Source: an uncultured Candidatus Rokubacteria bacterium
GTDB lineage: Bacteria > Methylomirabilota > Methylomirabilia > Rokubacteriales > CSP1-6
NCBI GenBank assembly: GCA_963789955.1
Contig: CAWBMV010000001.1
Coordinates: 544,001 to 608,000, forward strand
Reading direction: 5' to 3'
Length of the DNA stretch: 64,000 nt
Positions 1 through 10,607 of this stretch are shown piece after piece. The position numbers were made by a program, and so were the translations under genes. Within the stretch, counting starts at the first letter, position 1; each line of letters begins with the position of its first letter. Below the pieces are notes generated by a model that made no database searches, had not been told where the DNA came from, and was given only the letters and a program-made list of their open reading frames with translations.

Positions 1-732
1 ATCATCGTCCACGAGCTGTTCTTCCCCCTGCTGTTCCTCGCCCGGTTGGTCGGCTTCACCGCACTCGAGCTGCTGCGCCCGGCCAGGACCGTGATTTACC
101 GGAAGGTCATCCTGTACGACCTGGCCGTCTTCGCCGTGTACCAGGCGCTCATCTTCCCCGCCGCTCTGCGCATTGATCGCTGGATCGCCGTGCGACCGCA
201 CCTGCCGGCGGGGCTCCTGGCCATGCCTCTGGCAGTTCGCGTGCTTTGCTACCTCGTTGTCGCCGACTTCGGCCACTATTGGATCCATCGACTGATGCAC
301 GGCAAGGTCTTCTGGCGCATCCACAAATGGCACCACGCGCCGGACTACATGTACTGGCTGATGGGGGTCCGGGCGACGGTGCCGCAACAGGTGCTCGTCA
401 ACCTGCCCTACATCTTCGCCTACTCGTTCGTCGACCTTTCGCCGTGGTGGATGGCGCTGGCCATCGGTGCCGGGCACGCGGTGCAGAACGACTGGATGCA
501 TCTGAACGTCGCCTGGCGCTCGTCCTGGCTCGAGTGGTTGATTGTGACCCCTCGATATCACCACATTCATCACAGCGATCAGCCGGAGCACTACGTGGCG
601 AACCTGGCGGCCCTGTTTACCGCCTGGGACCGCATTTTCGGCACCTACGTGGACCCCGACGCGCTGCGGCGCGAGCTATCCTTCGGCATCGGCGAGAAGG
701 TTCCGCTGATCCGGTTGTCCCTGGGGGTATGA
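1..732 (+). CDS. Sterol desaturase / fatty acid hydroxylase family membrane protein (5' end probably outside window)
   Basis: Histidine boxes HYWIH, HKWHH, HHIHH; hydrophobic segments; frame open from base 1. Confidence 0.85.
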   Translation: MIVHELFFPLLFLARLVGFTALELLRPARTVIYRKVILYDLAVFAVYQALIFPAALRIDRWIAVRPHLPAGLLAMPLAVRVLCYLVVADFGHYWIHRLMHGKVFWRIHKWHHAPDYMYWLMGVRATVPQQVLVNLPYIFAYSFVDLSPWWMALAIGAGHAVQNDWMHLNVAWRSSWLEWLIVTPRYHHIHHSDQPEHYVANLAALFTAWDRIFGTYVDPDALRRELSFGIGEKVPLIRLSLGV

Positions 733-1290
733 CGCCGACTCGTTGCGCTCGCGACGAACGCCTCACGGGCGAACGCCGGCTCGCGGCCTCAGGCATCATT
801 CCGGCCACGACGTCGAGTGCCCTCTAGCTCGTGGGTGCGAAGGCCACGTGTCGCAGTCCGCAAGCAAATGTCATTTTTCGGTGAGGTAGATTCTCGTTGG
901 ACTACGGCGTGTACCACGCTCAAAGTAACGCCCGTTGCTCGCGCGCTCGTCGCTCGATGGACCGGGCCAAGAAGTTCCTCTTTACTTGCCTCGCGTGCGT
1001 TCCGCTAGCGTACACAGACGGTGAAGAACAAGTGCGACGCTTGATGCGGTCGCGTGTGAGAGCCAGGTGCCGGCCGACGACCTCGAGAGCTGGAAGCAGA
1101 TCTTTCTCGAGCAATGGACGCGGGCTCGACACCAGGAGTGATCCGGCGATCGCTGGGCCGCGCTCGAGCCTTTGCGGCAGGATGTAGGTTGCACGCCTTC
1201 GGACGTTTCGCGAAGGACGCGACTGGAGGCCGCAGTATATCGCCGACGCGTGGATCAACGAGGTGAAGTGGTTGGGGATCGTCGAGCAAG

Positions 1291-1571
1291 CCGGAGTGCA
1301 ATGGCGTCATCGAGCGGTTCATGCGCACGCTCAAGGAGCAGTGCCTCGATCTCCACCGCTTCAGAATCTCGCCGAGGCGCACCGGATGATCGCCAGTTCA
1401 TCACGCGATACAACACCGAGTGGCTATCACGCGGCTGGGTCACCAGACGCCGGCGGGCGCGCGAATCGCCGATGAACCACGATCGCTCAGGGGCGTTATG
1501 ATCGACGATCGAGAGTGGGGGCGTTCTCGTTGATACGCCCCTCGCGTGTCCAAGAAACAGGGTGCGGTCCA
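1291..1571 (+). mobile_element. IS3-like transposase C-terminal remnant with probable right terminal inverted repeat
   Basis: Frameshifted translation PECNGVIERFMRTLKEQC...FITRYNTEW..RLGHQTP (integrase core C-terminus); TGTCCAAGAAACAGGGTGCGGTCCA at 1547-1571 resembles an IS3-family end. Confidence 0.7.
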
Positions 1572-1629
1572 AGCTATGCGTTCGGGCGCCGAGCCACTAG
1601 AACCGTGAATGGCCCAACCGCGCAAGCTC

Positions 1630-1793
1630 AGGACATCTTCCTGATCTCATGCGAGAGCGGGGAGGTGCTTTCGGTCGCCTTGGCGATCGATTGCCACGAT
1701 CGAGAAGTCTTCGCGTGGACCGCGTCGCTCTGGCCACTGAACGGCGGCGGCATTCGCACGCTCATGGACAAGGCGCTGTGGGCGCGCTTCGGA
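1630..1793 (+). mobile_element. IS2/IS3-family transposase DDE-region fragment
   Basis: DIFLISCESGEVLSVALAIDCHDREVFAW...IRTLMDKALWARFG resembles the IS2 OrfB core. Confidence 0.65.
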
Positions 1794-1936
1794 CAGATCA
1801 ACAAGAAGTTCGGTCAGCGCTTCGACAAGAAGGCAGCCGAGGTTCGGTCAATGGCGTCGCGAGGACGGTCGCTCAAGAAGTAGCCGGCCGGGTTCGCTGG
1901 TCCCAGAAGACGCGTCTTGGGCCGCGTCTTGGGCGG

Positions 1937-2349
1937 TTACGCGGGAGGTCCGGGCTCTCCCCCACGAAGCGGCATCAAGACCGTCGAGAGCATGTCCAGG
2001 AGGGTGGCCACGCGGAAAGGCTTCTCCACATAGCCCGAAGCACCCCGGCGTGCCGCTTCGTGCTGGACGTCCGGGCCTCCGAACGCCGTAACCAGGATGA
2101 CCGGTACCTCCGGAAGTCGTTGCCGCAGGAACGACAGAAGATCGAGACCGTTTGGCCCGGGGAGCTCCTTGTCGAGGATGGCGACGTTGAACCGCTCGGT
2201 TTCGACGAGGGCCGATAGTCCGCGCCATCCTTGCGTCCGATCACCCGGTATCCCGCGCGCTCCAGCGCCTCGCGTAGCAACACGCGCATCTCGCCGTCGT
2301 CCTCGACGACGAGCACCGTCACATGGGTTTCCGTCCCCTGTTCCGCCAT
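1937..2349 (-). CDS. Stand-alone response regulator receiver (one frameshift near 2220)
   Basis: VLVVEDD...LDKELPGPNG...VILVTAFG...YVEKPF rebuilt from two frames. Confidence 0.8.
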
Positions 2350-2416
2350 ATTCTCCAACGTTGTCGTCTGGTGCTGCCGGTGAGACATCGGATACGGCGA
2401 TCGGTCTCGACTCTCC

Positions 2417-2431
2417 GCAACAGCGATGCCA
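2417..2431 (-). promoter_or_regulatory. Sigma-54 -24/-12 promoter TGGCATCGCTGTTGC
   Basis: Matches TGGCAC-N5-TTGC spacing; about 70 bp upstream of the receiver gene start at 2349. Confidence 0.7.
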
Positions 2432-2508
2432 GGTCGGCGATGGCGGCATTTCCCACGCTACAACGGGCCTCGGGCCCGCGGTTCGGCGGAGGAGGGCGCC
2501 CGTCGAGG

Positions 2509-2540
2509 CGACATGTCGTCGCGTCCGCGACGTCGTGTCG
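2509..2540. promoter_or_regulatory. Tandem palindromic upstream activator sites CGACATGTCGTCG / CGACGTCGTGTCG
   Basis: Starts 19 bp apart; 77 bp gap to the -24 box; same layout recurs at 14156 and 14796. Confidence 0.6.
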
Positions 2541-2750
2541 TGGGCGCCCGTGGTCGCCGGCGGACCGTCCGCGTTTCCAACCGGGGGGGGGGGGGACGCC
2601 GACTCGGGGGGAACGCCGATTCGACAAGACTTGCCACCTGCGGCGCGCCGTCGCCCAAGCATGCTGTCGCCGCCCTCTCGATGCCCGAGCTGAGCCAATA
2701 CTCAGGAGTACGCTGGTCCTGTGGCGAGCGATCGAAGGGAGGAGCACATC

Positions 2751-3498
2751 ATGATCGAGCGACTGAAGGATCTCCCCGCCGATGTCGACGGGTTTCGCGC
2801 CAGGGGAAAGGTGACGCGTGAGGATTACGAACACGCCGTGCGGCCCGTTCTGGACGAAGCGCGAAGTCGCGGACGCCGGCTTCGATTCCTCTACCATTTC
2901 GGTCCTGAATTCGAGAGCGTCACCCCCGGTGCGGCATGGGAGGACGCCCGACTGGGACTGCAATACCTCCGCGTGTTCGAGCGCTGCGCCATTGTCAGCG
3001 ATGTCGGCTGGATCCGGGAGGCGTCGCGGCTCGCCAGCGTTTTGATGCCGTGTCCCGTCAAGGTCTTTGGCAACGGCCAATGGCAAGAGGCGCTCGGATG
3101 GCTGACCGCTGCGGCGGGCCGTCTCGCGCATCGATGGATTCCCGAGCGCGGTGTGCTGATTGTCGAGCCACACGGACCGCTTGGCGCCGAGGATTTCGAC
3201 GCGCTGGCCCTTTCGGTCGATCCGTGGATCGAAGCGCACGGGACCCTTCGAGGTCTCGTGGTACATGCGCGAGAGTTCCCGGGCTGGCAGAATCTGGGCA
3301 GCTTCTTTCGGCACCTGCGCTTCGTTCGCGACCATCACCGGAAGATCCGTCGCGTCGCGCTGTGCACGGGAGGCCCGCTGGCCTCGCTGGCGCCGAAACT
3401 GGCGGAGCATTTCGTGACGGCGGAGAATCCGGCACTTCAACTACGACGAGCTCGATCGCGGCGTCGACTGGGCCGGTGAAGCGCCTCCAGCGGAATGA
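2751..3498 (+). CDS. Tandem SpoIIAA-like (STAS/SEC14) domain protein (frameshift near 3427)
   Basis: Two repeats (GKVTREDYE...FERCAIVSD; GPLGAEDFD...KIRRVAL); RBS GGAGGAG; C-terminus IRHFNYDELDRGVDWA in another frame. Confidence 0.8.
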
Positions 3499-3519
3499 CC
3501 GGCCGCGTGCTTGACACGC

Positions 3520-3730
3520 GATCGCGTTCACGCGGTCCTTGTCCGGTCTGATCGAAGCCGAATCCCGACATACTGGCTTGCTTCGCGCCAGATCCAGCGA
3601 CGGATGGGAGCCGGGCGCACCGCGAATAGGTCCGGGAAAGAGGCGTGCGCGGCTCTCCTGCATGCCAAGACCATGGTGATCGACGAGGTCTGGGCGACAT
3701 GGAGTTCCTTGCCTGGCCCCTCCGCGATCC
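3520..3730 (+). pseudogene. Cardiolipin synthase / phospholipase D C-terminal fragment
   Basis: LLHAKTMVIDEVWAT carries an HxKxxxxD motif; flanks degenerate; no N-terminal half. Confidence 0.55.
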
Positions 3731-3873
3731 GCTCTGACCGCGCCGCCGGACCTGGCGGACGGCTGCTCGGTGGGGCGCTGTCGCGCGATTTCATGCCTGT
3801 TTCATCGCGGTCTCATGTCGCTCGGCGAAGCTGGGCCCATCGGAGAGTGCCGCCGAGGACAAGGAGAAGCGGG

Positions 3874-4527
3874 ATGGCGCGGCTGCTGTCGAACGACCGG
3901 CGACGGATCCGACGGGTGCTGCAGCCGGCGGATTTCTCATTGCTGTCCGAGCTTGCATTCGAGGAAGCTCTTCGGTGGGCCAGAGCGGATCGCGCCGAGC
4001 TTCTGCTGCTGCACGTCGTCGTCCCCGTCGCGCCCATCATGGGCGACGAGTACGTGTCGAGCCCGTGGCTGTACCCGGAGATCAACCGGGCGCTTCACGA
4101 GGGCGCGACGGAGACCCTTCGCCGCCTTGTCGCGCGGGCCAAGGCGTCCGATGTTCGCGGCGAAGCGCTGGTCCTGCACGGAGTGCCTGCTCGGCAGATC
4201 GTGCACGCGGCGGAGTCCCGACAGGTCGACCTGATCGTCATGGGCAGCCACGGGCGAACGGGCTTGATGCGCCTGATTCTCGGCAGCCTCGCCGAGGAGG
4301 TCGTCGCCAAGGCCCCGTGCCCGGTGCTGGTGGTCGGGGTGTCCGTGCGTCGGTACGAGGCCCTCCGCCGTCATCTGAGCGCCGTGCGAAGCGGCGCTCC
4401 GCGCCGAGCGGACGACGGGGAGATACCGACACTAGACCAGCGTCGAGGCGGTAGCTCGATGCCGGCGTCGGGGGGCATCGAATCGGCCCACGCCTGGGTG
4501 CGGCCTCGATCGAACCTCATCTCGTGA
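3874..4527 (+). CDS. Universal stress protein
   Basis: VLQPADFS, LLLLHVV, DLIVMGSHGRTG, LGSLAEEVV..APCPVLVV. Confidence 0.9.
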   Translation: MARLLSNDRRRIRRVLQPADFSLLSELAFEEALRWARADRAELLLLHVVVPVAPIMGDEYVSSPWLYPEINRALHEGATETLRRLVARAKASDVRGEALVLHGVPARQIVHAAESRQVDLIVMGSHGRTGLMRLILGSLAEEVVAKAPCPVLVVGVSVRRYEALRRHLSAVRSGAPRRADDGEIPTLDQRRGGSSMPASGGIESAHAWVRPRSNLIS

Positions 4528-4542
4528 GGACAAGGAGACGTC

Positions 4543-5385
4543 ATGGCCATCATCACGATTTCACATCAGCTCGGGTCCGGGGGCGGCGCGATCGCGCGGG
4601 CCGTCGCGGATCGCCTGGGTTATCAGTGCCTCGGCGGTGAAATCCTCGCGAAAGCGGCGCATGCCTATGGACTCGCGGAAGACAGGCTGACGCGGCTCGG
4701 AGAGGCCAAGCCGGGTATTCTGGATCGACTCGGCTTCGAGGCGCAGACATACGTCGCGGTGATGCAAAACGCGGTGCTTGATGCCGCGCTCGGCGACCAC
4801 GTCGTCCTGGTCGGGCGCGGAGGGCAGTGGCTGCTGCGCGATATCACCCACGCGCTGCGGGTACGGATCATCGCGCCGTTCGACGAGCGAAGTCGCCGAC
4901 TCCAGGACGGGATGGCGGCGCAGGTCGGCGGTGCGGCGAGCGCACGCACGGCGCGGGAGGCGCTCGAAAAGCTGCTCCGGCGCGACGACGCCGACAAGCT
5001 CGGCCGCATGCGCTATCTCTACGGCTGCGATCTCAACGACCCGTTGCTGTACGACGTCTTCATCAACAACAGCGGCGCCGACGGCGCAGGCGCGGCGGCC
5101 GAGGCGATCGTACTGCTCGCCCATCGTCCCGGCGTCGAACCCACGGCCGCGAGTATGCAGCGGCTGGTCGATCGTGCGGTCGCCTCGCGTGTGAGGGTGG
5201 CGTTGATGGTCGACGAAGGAACCCGCCGGTTCAAGCATTTTGACGTCGAGGCGGCGAATGGCTCGATTCGAGTGACGTCGAGAGCGCCGGCGGCCGCCGT
5301 CGAGGCGGTCGCGCTGGCGGTCGAGGGCGTTCGGCAGGTGCAGGTGATCGAGGTTCCGATGATTCCGCCGATGGTCTCCGAGTGA
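4543..5385 (+). CDS. Cytidylate kinase-like family protein with C-terminal BON-like domain
   Basis: MAIITISHQLGSGG, VVLVGRGG, LYDVFIN; C-terminal VEAANGSIRV...VEGVRQV; RBS AGGAG. Confidence 0.8.
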   Translation: MAIITISHQLGSGGGAIARAVADRLGYQCLGGEILAKAAHAYGLAEDRLTRLGEAKPGILDRLGFEAQTYVAVMQNAVLDAALGDHVVLVGRGGQWLLRDITHALRVRIIAPFDERSRRLQDGMAAQVGGAASARTAREALEKLLRRDDADKLGRMRYLYGCDLNDPLLYDVFINNSGADGAGAAAEAIVLLAHRPGVEPTAASMQRLVDRAVASRVRVALMVDEGTRRFKHFDVEAANGSIRVTSRAPAAAVEAVALAVEGVRQVQVIEVPMIPPMVSE

Positions 5386-5453
5386 TCGAGGCAATCATCC
5401 TCGACTCGAGATGTTCTTCGGGCCGTTAGCCGAGGAGCGAGGGGAAGCGTCGC

Positions 5454-6233
5454 ATGGCGGCGATTGTCGTCAGAGCTGAGGGACGGGATCCGATGTTCGG
5501 CTGATCCATGGAGCCATCGGCGGATTGATTGCAGGAGTCGTGTCCATGCTGTTCCAGCTGTCGGCCGCCGTGTTGTCGAGCGGGCCGCGCGGCGCTCTCA
5601 GACCCCTGCGAATGATCGCCGCCATCGTGCTCGGCCGTGCGTCGCTCGATCCGAGCTATTCGGCGGTGGCGGCCGGCCTGGTCGGCACGATCGTGCACCT
5701 GTGCCTGGCCGCGACGTTCGGCTTGCTGTTTGGCGTGCTTCTGCTCGCCGCGGCGCAGATCGACGTCGTGATGGGGGGCCGCACGCTCGTGCTCGCGGGT
5801 GGCGCTTATGGTCTGGTGCTCTGGCCGATCAATTTCTACAGCGTCGCGCCCCTGGCCGGTTTGTCGTGGTTTCCCCAGTACGAGCTCACCCCTGGTGCAG
5901 TTCGTGGCCCACGCCTTGTGCTATGGCGCGGTGCTCGGACTGTACTTCCAGCGGCGGATCGCCCTGCGGGTCCGCACGATCGGCCGCGCGGCGCCGCTCT
6001 CATTCGCCGACATCCTTGCCTCGTTCCGCCGTCGGCGCTACCCTCAGCACAGCCGCCGAAGTAGGGAACACGAAACGCAATTACGCGACGGCGGTCGGCG
6101 GAGCTTCGAGTCGCGACGAGAGACTGGAGACTCCGCCCCCATCGATCATGCGTCTTCTGGCCGTCACCCCGCTTCTCCGGTCGAGTGCTTGCGAGCCGAT
6201 TTGCGCCCGCGCACACGGCAATCGGAACAATGA
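5454..6233 (+). CDS. Hypothetical multi-pass membrane protein (frameshifted)
   Basis: Hydrophobic segments continue across frames (GLIAGVV...PLRMIAAIVLG...AHALCYGAVLG). Confidence 0.55.
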
Positions 6234-6404
6234 GCCGCGATCGACTTGAATGGGCACTTGGCCACCGTCGGGGGCACGCGGTTGTGTGTCAGTCGAACGA
6301 GTATCGCTGCAGGTCTCGACGCACGTACCAATCGCTGGCGTCGCCGCGCCTCAGTCGGAGCAGACCGTGATCAGCTTGCGAGGGCGACGCTGACGGCAGC
6401 CGGC

Positions 6405-7226
6405 TCAGTGCTCGTGCTCGGCGACGACGGCCGCGAGCTCGGCGCCGAGCACGAAGATGACCATCGAGTAATAGATCCAGACGAGCGCCGCGACACCGGC
6501 GCCAAGCGAGCCGTACAGACTGCCGTAGGTCCCGAACGTCACGACGTACGCAGTGAAAATCCATCGGGCTCCCTCCCACGCGACGGTGACGGCGAGGGTG
6601 GCGATCAGCGCGGCGCGCGCCGGCACCCGGGTGTTGGGCAACGCGCGAAGGAGAAGGAACAGCAACCCGACGCCCATCATGTACATCACGGGTAGCGAGA
6701 CGAGCCGCCTGAGTCCGGCGGAAGGGGAGGGCGCGCCCGGAAACAGGTGGGCGGCGACGTCGCCGAGGGTGAGCACGACGAAGATCGATACGCTGAACAG
6801 GATTGCCAGCGATCCGATTGCGACCACCATGAGCAGGTCGACCGCGAATCCGTGAACGAGACCGCGCCTGGCCGGCGCGCGGAAGATTCGGTTCAACACG
6901 GTTCGCATCAGCGAGAAGAATTGCGCCGCGAAAACCATCCAGCTCAGGATGCCGACCAGGCCGACCACTGCGCGCTGGCTGACGAGGAACGAGAAGAACT
7001 CACCGAGCTCGCGCCCATACGCGGGGAGCAAGAGCGTGGCGGCGTCGAACAGGTAGTCGGCGATCGTGTCGGACTCCATGAGGTAGCCGGCCAGAGAGAA
7101 CAGGATCAGGGTGAGGGGTACCAGACACAGCTCGGCGGCGAAGGACAGCGCCGAAGCCATGAGAAATCCCTCGTCCTTCCGGAAGCGCCCCGGAATGGTG
7201 CGCAGCGTCGCGATCAGATCCGACAT
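6405..7226 (-). CDS. yihY: YihY/virulence factor BrkB family membrane protein
   Basis: ASALSF...YGSLYGSLGA...WIYYS..IFVLGAEL signature. Confidence 0.85.
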   Translation of the reverse strand: MSDLIATLRTIPGRFRKDEGFLMASALSFAAELCLVPLTLILFSLAGYLMESDTIADYLFDAATLLLPAYGRELGEFFSFLVSQRAVVGLVGILSWMVFAAQFFSLMRTVLNRIFRAPARRGLVHGFAVDLLMVVAIGSLAILFSVSIFVVLTLGDVAAHLFPGAPSPSAGLRRLVSLPVMYMMGVGLLFLLLRALPNTRVPARAALIATLAVTVAWEGARWIFTAYVVTFGTYGSLYGSLGAGVAALVWIYYSMVIFVLGAELAAVVAEHEH

Positions 7227-7370
7227 GCGTCGATCTTATTCGCGCAGACGCGGATCCCAACCAGAAGTTTGCCGGGATCGCGGCGGGAGACGGCATCTGT
7301 GTGACCCGGCCGGCGCGAGACGGCGACGCCGCCGAAGCCCGTACGCGGGTCTAGACGAAACCCTCGGTGG

Positions 7371-8726
7371 TCACGGGTCCGACGGTTTCGAGGCCGGCGC
7401 GGGCTCGACCTGGAAGCGGCGCTGCAGAGTGCGAACGCTGACGCCCAGGATGCGAGCGGCGGCGACTTTGTCGCCCTTGGTCTCCTCGAGAACCCGGCGG
7501 ATGTAGCTCTCCTCGAGCTCGGCCAGGGTCGGTCGCACCCCCATGCCGGTGGCCTCCGGAGCGAACTCGATGCCCAGGTCGCCGCGCGTGATCAAGCTGG
7601 TGCGGGCGAGTGTTGCGGCCCGCTCGATGACGTTTTCCAGCTCGCGAACGTTCCCGGGCCACCGATGCTGGAGCAGCCACGCGGTCGCCTCCTGGTCGAA
7701 GCCGGTGAGTGCTTTCCCGACCGCCTTTGCGGCGCGCGCCAGAAAATGGCCGGCGAGAAGGAGGATGTCGTCGGGGCGCTCGCGCAGGCTCGGCAGGCGG
7801 ATCGGAATCACCGCTAACCGGTAGTAGAGGTCCTCGCGGAACCGCCCGTCGCCGATGAGGGCCATCAGATCGCGGTGCGTCGCGCTCACGACCCGCACGT
7901 CCAGCCGGATCTCTTCGCTGCCGCCAACCGGTCGAACGGTGTGATCTTGCAGCGCGCGGAGGATCTTACCCTGGAGCGGGGGCGGGATGTCCCCGACTTC
8001 GTCGAGGAAGAGCGTCCCGCCGTCGGCGTCGACGAAGAGCCCGCGACGCTTGCGGACGGCGCCGGTGAACGCTCCTTTCTCGTGCCCGAACAGTTCGGAC
8101 TCGAGCAGGTCGCGCGGGATCGCCGCGCAGTTGACCGGCACGAATGGCTTGCCGTGGCGGAGGCTGTTGTGGTGGATCGCGCGCGCGACCAGTTCCTTCC
8201 CGGTGCCGCTCTCGCCGAGCAGCAGGATCGTCGCGTCGCTCGTGGTCACCGCTCGAATCTTATCGAAGACGGACAGCATCGCCGGGGAACGGCCGATCAG
8301 GTTGTCGAAGCTGAAGCGTTGCTCGACTTGCTCGCGGAGCACCCGATTCTCCTCGCGAAGGCGACGATCGTCGAGGGCCCGGTTGATCGTCAGCGTGACC
8401 TGAGCCAGCTTGAACGGCTTCGTCAAATAGTCGTAGGCGCCTTGACGAATCGCATCGATCGCGGTCTCGAGACTGGCGAAGGCGGTCATGAGCACGACGC
8501 GCGCGCTCGGCTGCCGGCGCTGGGTTTCCTGAAGCACCGCCCAGCCGTCGGTGCCGTCCATGACCAGATCGGTCAGCACCACATCGAATTCATCGCGTTC
8601 CAGCGCCTCGATGGCCGCGGCGCCATCCGCGACGGCGGTCACGATTCGCCCGTCGTTCTCGAGGCGTTGCCGGAGCAGATCGAGCATCTCTGGGTCGTTG
8701 TCGACGACGAGGACCTTGAACTTCAC
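7371..8726 (-). CDS. Sigma-54-dependent response regulator (REC-AAA+-Fis HTH, NtrC/AtoC family)
   Basis: GESGTGKE, ESELFGHEKGAFTGA, LFLDEV, WPGNVREL, AARILGVS; GTG start overlaps the HK stop. Confidence 0.95.
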   Translation of the reverse strand: MKFKVLVVDNDPEMLDLLRQRLENDGRIVTAVADGAAAIEALERDEFDVVLTDLVMDGTDGWAVLQETQRRQPSARVVLMTAFASLETAIDAIRQGAYDYLTKPFKLAQVTLTINRALDDRRLREENRVLREQVEQRFSFDNLIGRSPAMLSVFDKIRAVTTSDATILLLGESGTGKELVARAIHHNSLRHGKPFVPVNCAAIPRDLLESELFGHEKGAFTGAVRKRRGLFVDADGGTLFLDEVGDIPPPLQGKILRALQDHTVRPVGGSEEIRLDVRVVSATHRDLMALIGDGRFREDLYYRLAVIPIRLPSLRERPDDILLLAGHFLARAAKAVGKALTGFDQEATAWLLQHRWPGNVRELENVIERAATLARTSLITRGDLGIEFAPEATGMGVRPTLAELEESYIRRVLEETKGDKVAAARILGVSVRTLQRRFQVEPAPASKPSDP

Positions 8727-10195
8727 GCCGTCTCCTCCAGGGCCACGGGTATCCACACGGTGAACGTCGTGCCGGATCCGGGCACACTGTCGATCCCGAT
8801 CTCTCCGCTATGGGCCTTGATGATATCGCGACAGATCGCGAGACCGAGGCCCGTACCCTGTCCGGCGGGTTTCGTCGTGAAGAACGGCTGGAAGACCTTC
8901 GAGTGAAGCTCCGCCGGTATTCCAGGCCCGGTATCACTCACGGTGATCGCGATACCTCGCCGCGATCCGCCGGCTGCGGCCGGCCGACCGCCGATCGTGA
9001 TAGAGCCTCCGGCGGGCGTCGCATCCAACCCATTCAGTACGAGGTTGATCAGAACCTGTTGCAGCTGACCGGGGTCGGCGAGCAGCTCCGGCAGATCGGC
9101 GGGAACCGACACGACAATGGCGACGCCGCGCCGGCGGGCCGGGTGGTTGAGGAGCGGGAGGATGCGATCGAGGACATCTGCGAGGCGGGTCGACTGAATC
9201 TCGAGCTTCTGGGGGCGCACGCTGTCGAGCAGCGACCGAATGATCTTCGAGATTCGGTCGATCTGGCTCACGATGATTCCCAGATCGCGACGGGCCGCCT
9301 CGTCGAGGCTCGTCGACATCTGGAGAAACTCAGCCCGCCCCGACACGATGTTGAGCGGGGTGCCAACCTCGTGCGCAAGGGCCGAGGCGAGCTTCCCGGC
9401 AACCGCGAGCGTCTCCGCGGCGCGCAGCTGTTGCTCGAGCTCGAGTGAATGCTCAGTCTCGGTGAGCAGCCGCTGGCGGGCCGCATCGAGCTGAGCGGTC
9501 ATCGTGTTGAAGGCTTCGGCGACGCGACCGATCTCGTCCCGGCGATCGATCACCAGCGGCGCGGCCGGCTCCCCGCGGCCGAGGCGCTGGATACTTTCCA
9601 TGAGTCGTGAGATGGGCCGCACCACTTGCCGCTGGAGCGCCGTCGCCGTCAGGACCACGATCACGACCAGCAGGATGCCGAGACGGATCCACACGTCATT
9701 GGATGCCGCTTGCATCCGTGCGTCGATCCCCGAAGCGAGATGAACGATCTCGAGCGTCCCGGCGACCTGACCCCGGCTGTCGCGAACCGGAACGATATAA
9801 TAGAGGATCGAGCGCTGCGCTTGACGGCGATAGAAGCCCTCGGGCATCGCGGTGTTCGCGACTCGACGGAGAATCTCAGCGGGAACGTCCTCACCGATGG
9901 ACAGCTGGTTGGAGACCAGTGTCGGCCGAAGCTGACGATCGAACAGTCTGATGCGATCGATCGCCGTCTGCCGCTCCACCATCTCGGCCACGAGTCGTTT
10001 CACATCGGAGAACTGTCGGTCGCGGAGCGCATTCTCGACTGCGATCTGAATCGCCGCCGCGGTCAACGCCATGTTCTGGCGATCCTCCTCGACGAGCTGC
10101 TCGCGCTCTTGGCGAACGCGGAGCACCCCGTGCACGGCGAGGGCGGCGACGGCCGGAATCGTGAGGATGAGAATGAGGCGGAGCTTGAGTCCCAC
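8723..10195 (-). CDS. Membrane sensor histidine kinase (TM-extracytoplasmic sensor-TM-HAMP-HisKA-HATPase)
   Basis: LAHEVGTPL H-box, QVLINLVLN, DTGPGI, PFFTTK, GTGLGL; HAMP RRDEIGRVAEAFN. Confidence 0.95.
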   Translation of the reverse strand: MGLKLRLILILTIPAVAALAVHGVLRVRQEREQLVEEDRQNMALTAAAIQIAVENALRDRQFSDVKRLVAEMVERQTAIDRIRLFDRQLRPTLVSNQLSIGEDVPAEILRRVANTAMPEGFYRRQAQRSILYYIVPVRDSRGQVAGTLEIVHLASGIDARMQAASNDVWIRLGILLVVIVVLTATALQRQVVRPISRLMESIQRLGRGEPAAPLVIDRRDEIGRVAEAFNTMTAQLDAARQRLLTETEHSLELEQQLRAAETLAVAGKLASALAHEVGTPLNIVSGRAEFLQMSTSLDEAARRDLGIIVSQIDRISKIIRSLLDSVRPQKLEIQSTRLADVLDRILPLLNHPARRRGVAIVVSVPADLPELLADPGQLQQVLINLVLNGLDATPAGGSITIGGRPAAAGGSRRGIAITVSDTGPGIPAELHSKVFQPFFTTKPAGQGTGLGLAICRDIIKAHSGEIGIDSVPGSGTTFTVWIPVALEETA

Positions 10196-10199
10196 GGTG

Positions 10200-10607
10200 T
10201 CAGGACCGCCCAGCCTGCCCGGAGCCGCCTCTCGTCGCGTCCCGCACCGCCTCGAGCAGGGCACCAAGCTGGAACGGCTTCTCGAGATACGCGCGCGCCC
10301 CCAATCGAAGGGCTTCCTCGGCCACCTCGCCGCCGCCAAACGCCGTGACGAGGATTATCGGCACCTCGGGCCATTGTCGGTGAAACGCGGGCAGGACGTC
10401 GAAGCCGCTCGGCCCTGGCATCTCCTTGTCGAGAACCACCACGTCGAGATGAGTCGCCTTGGCGGCCGTGAACAACCGGTCGGCGCTCGGCTCCTCGAGG
10501 ACGCGGAACCCGCCGCGCTCGAGCCAGTCCTTCAGCAGCGTCCGCATGGCCGAGTCGTCATCGACGACCAGGACGGTGGGAGATATCTCACGGGAGTGGC
10601 TCGCCAT
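10200..10607 (-). CDS. Stand-alone response regulator receiver
   Basis: VLVVDDD, LDKEMPG, LVTAFG, YLEKPF. Confidence 0.9.
   Translation of the reverse strand: MASHSREISPTVLVVDDDSAMRTLLKDWLERGGFRVLEEPSADRLFTAAKATHLDVVVLDKEMPGPSGFDVLPAFHRQWPEVPIILVTAFGGGEVAEEALRLGARAYLEKPFQLGALLEAVRDATRGGSGQAGRS

Noticed and set aside
897..1187. ORF MDYGVYHAQSN...
   Set aside because: No recognisable family, RBS or intact context; lies among IS debris.
3495..3551. Short ORF MTGRVLDTRSRSRGPCPV-TGA, which looks like CxxU
   Set aside because: Read-through gives no recognisable fold and stops after about 25 codons; the region is better explained by the cardiolipin synthase remnant in another frame.
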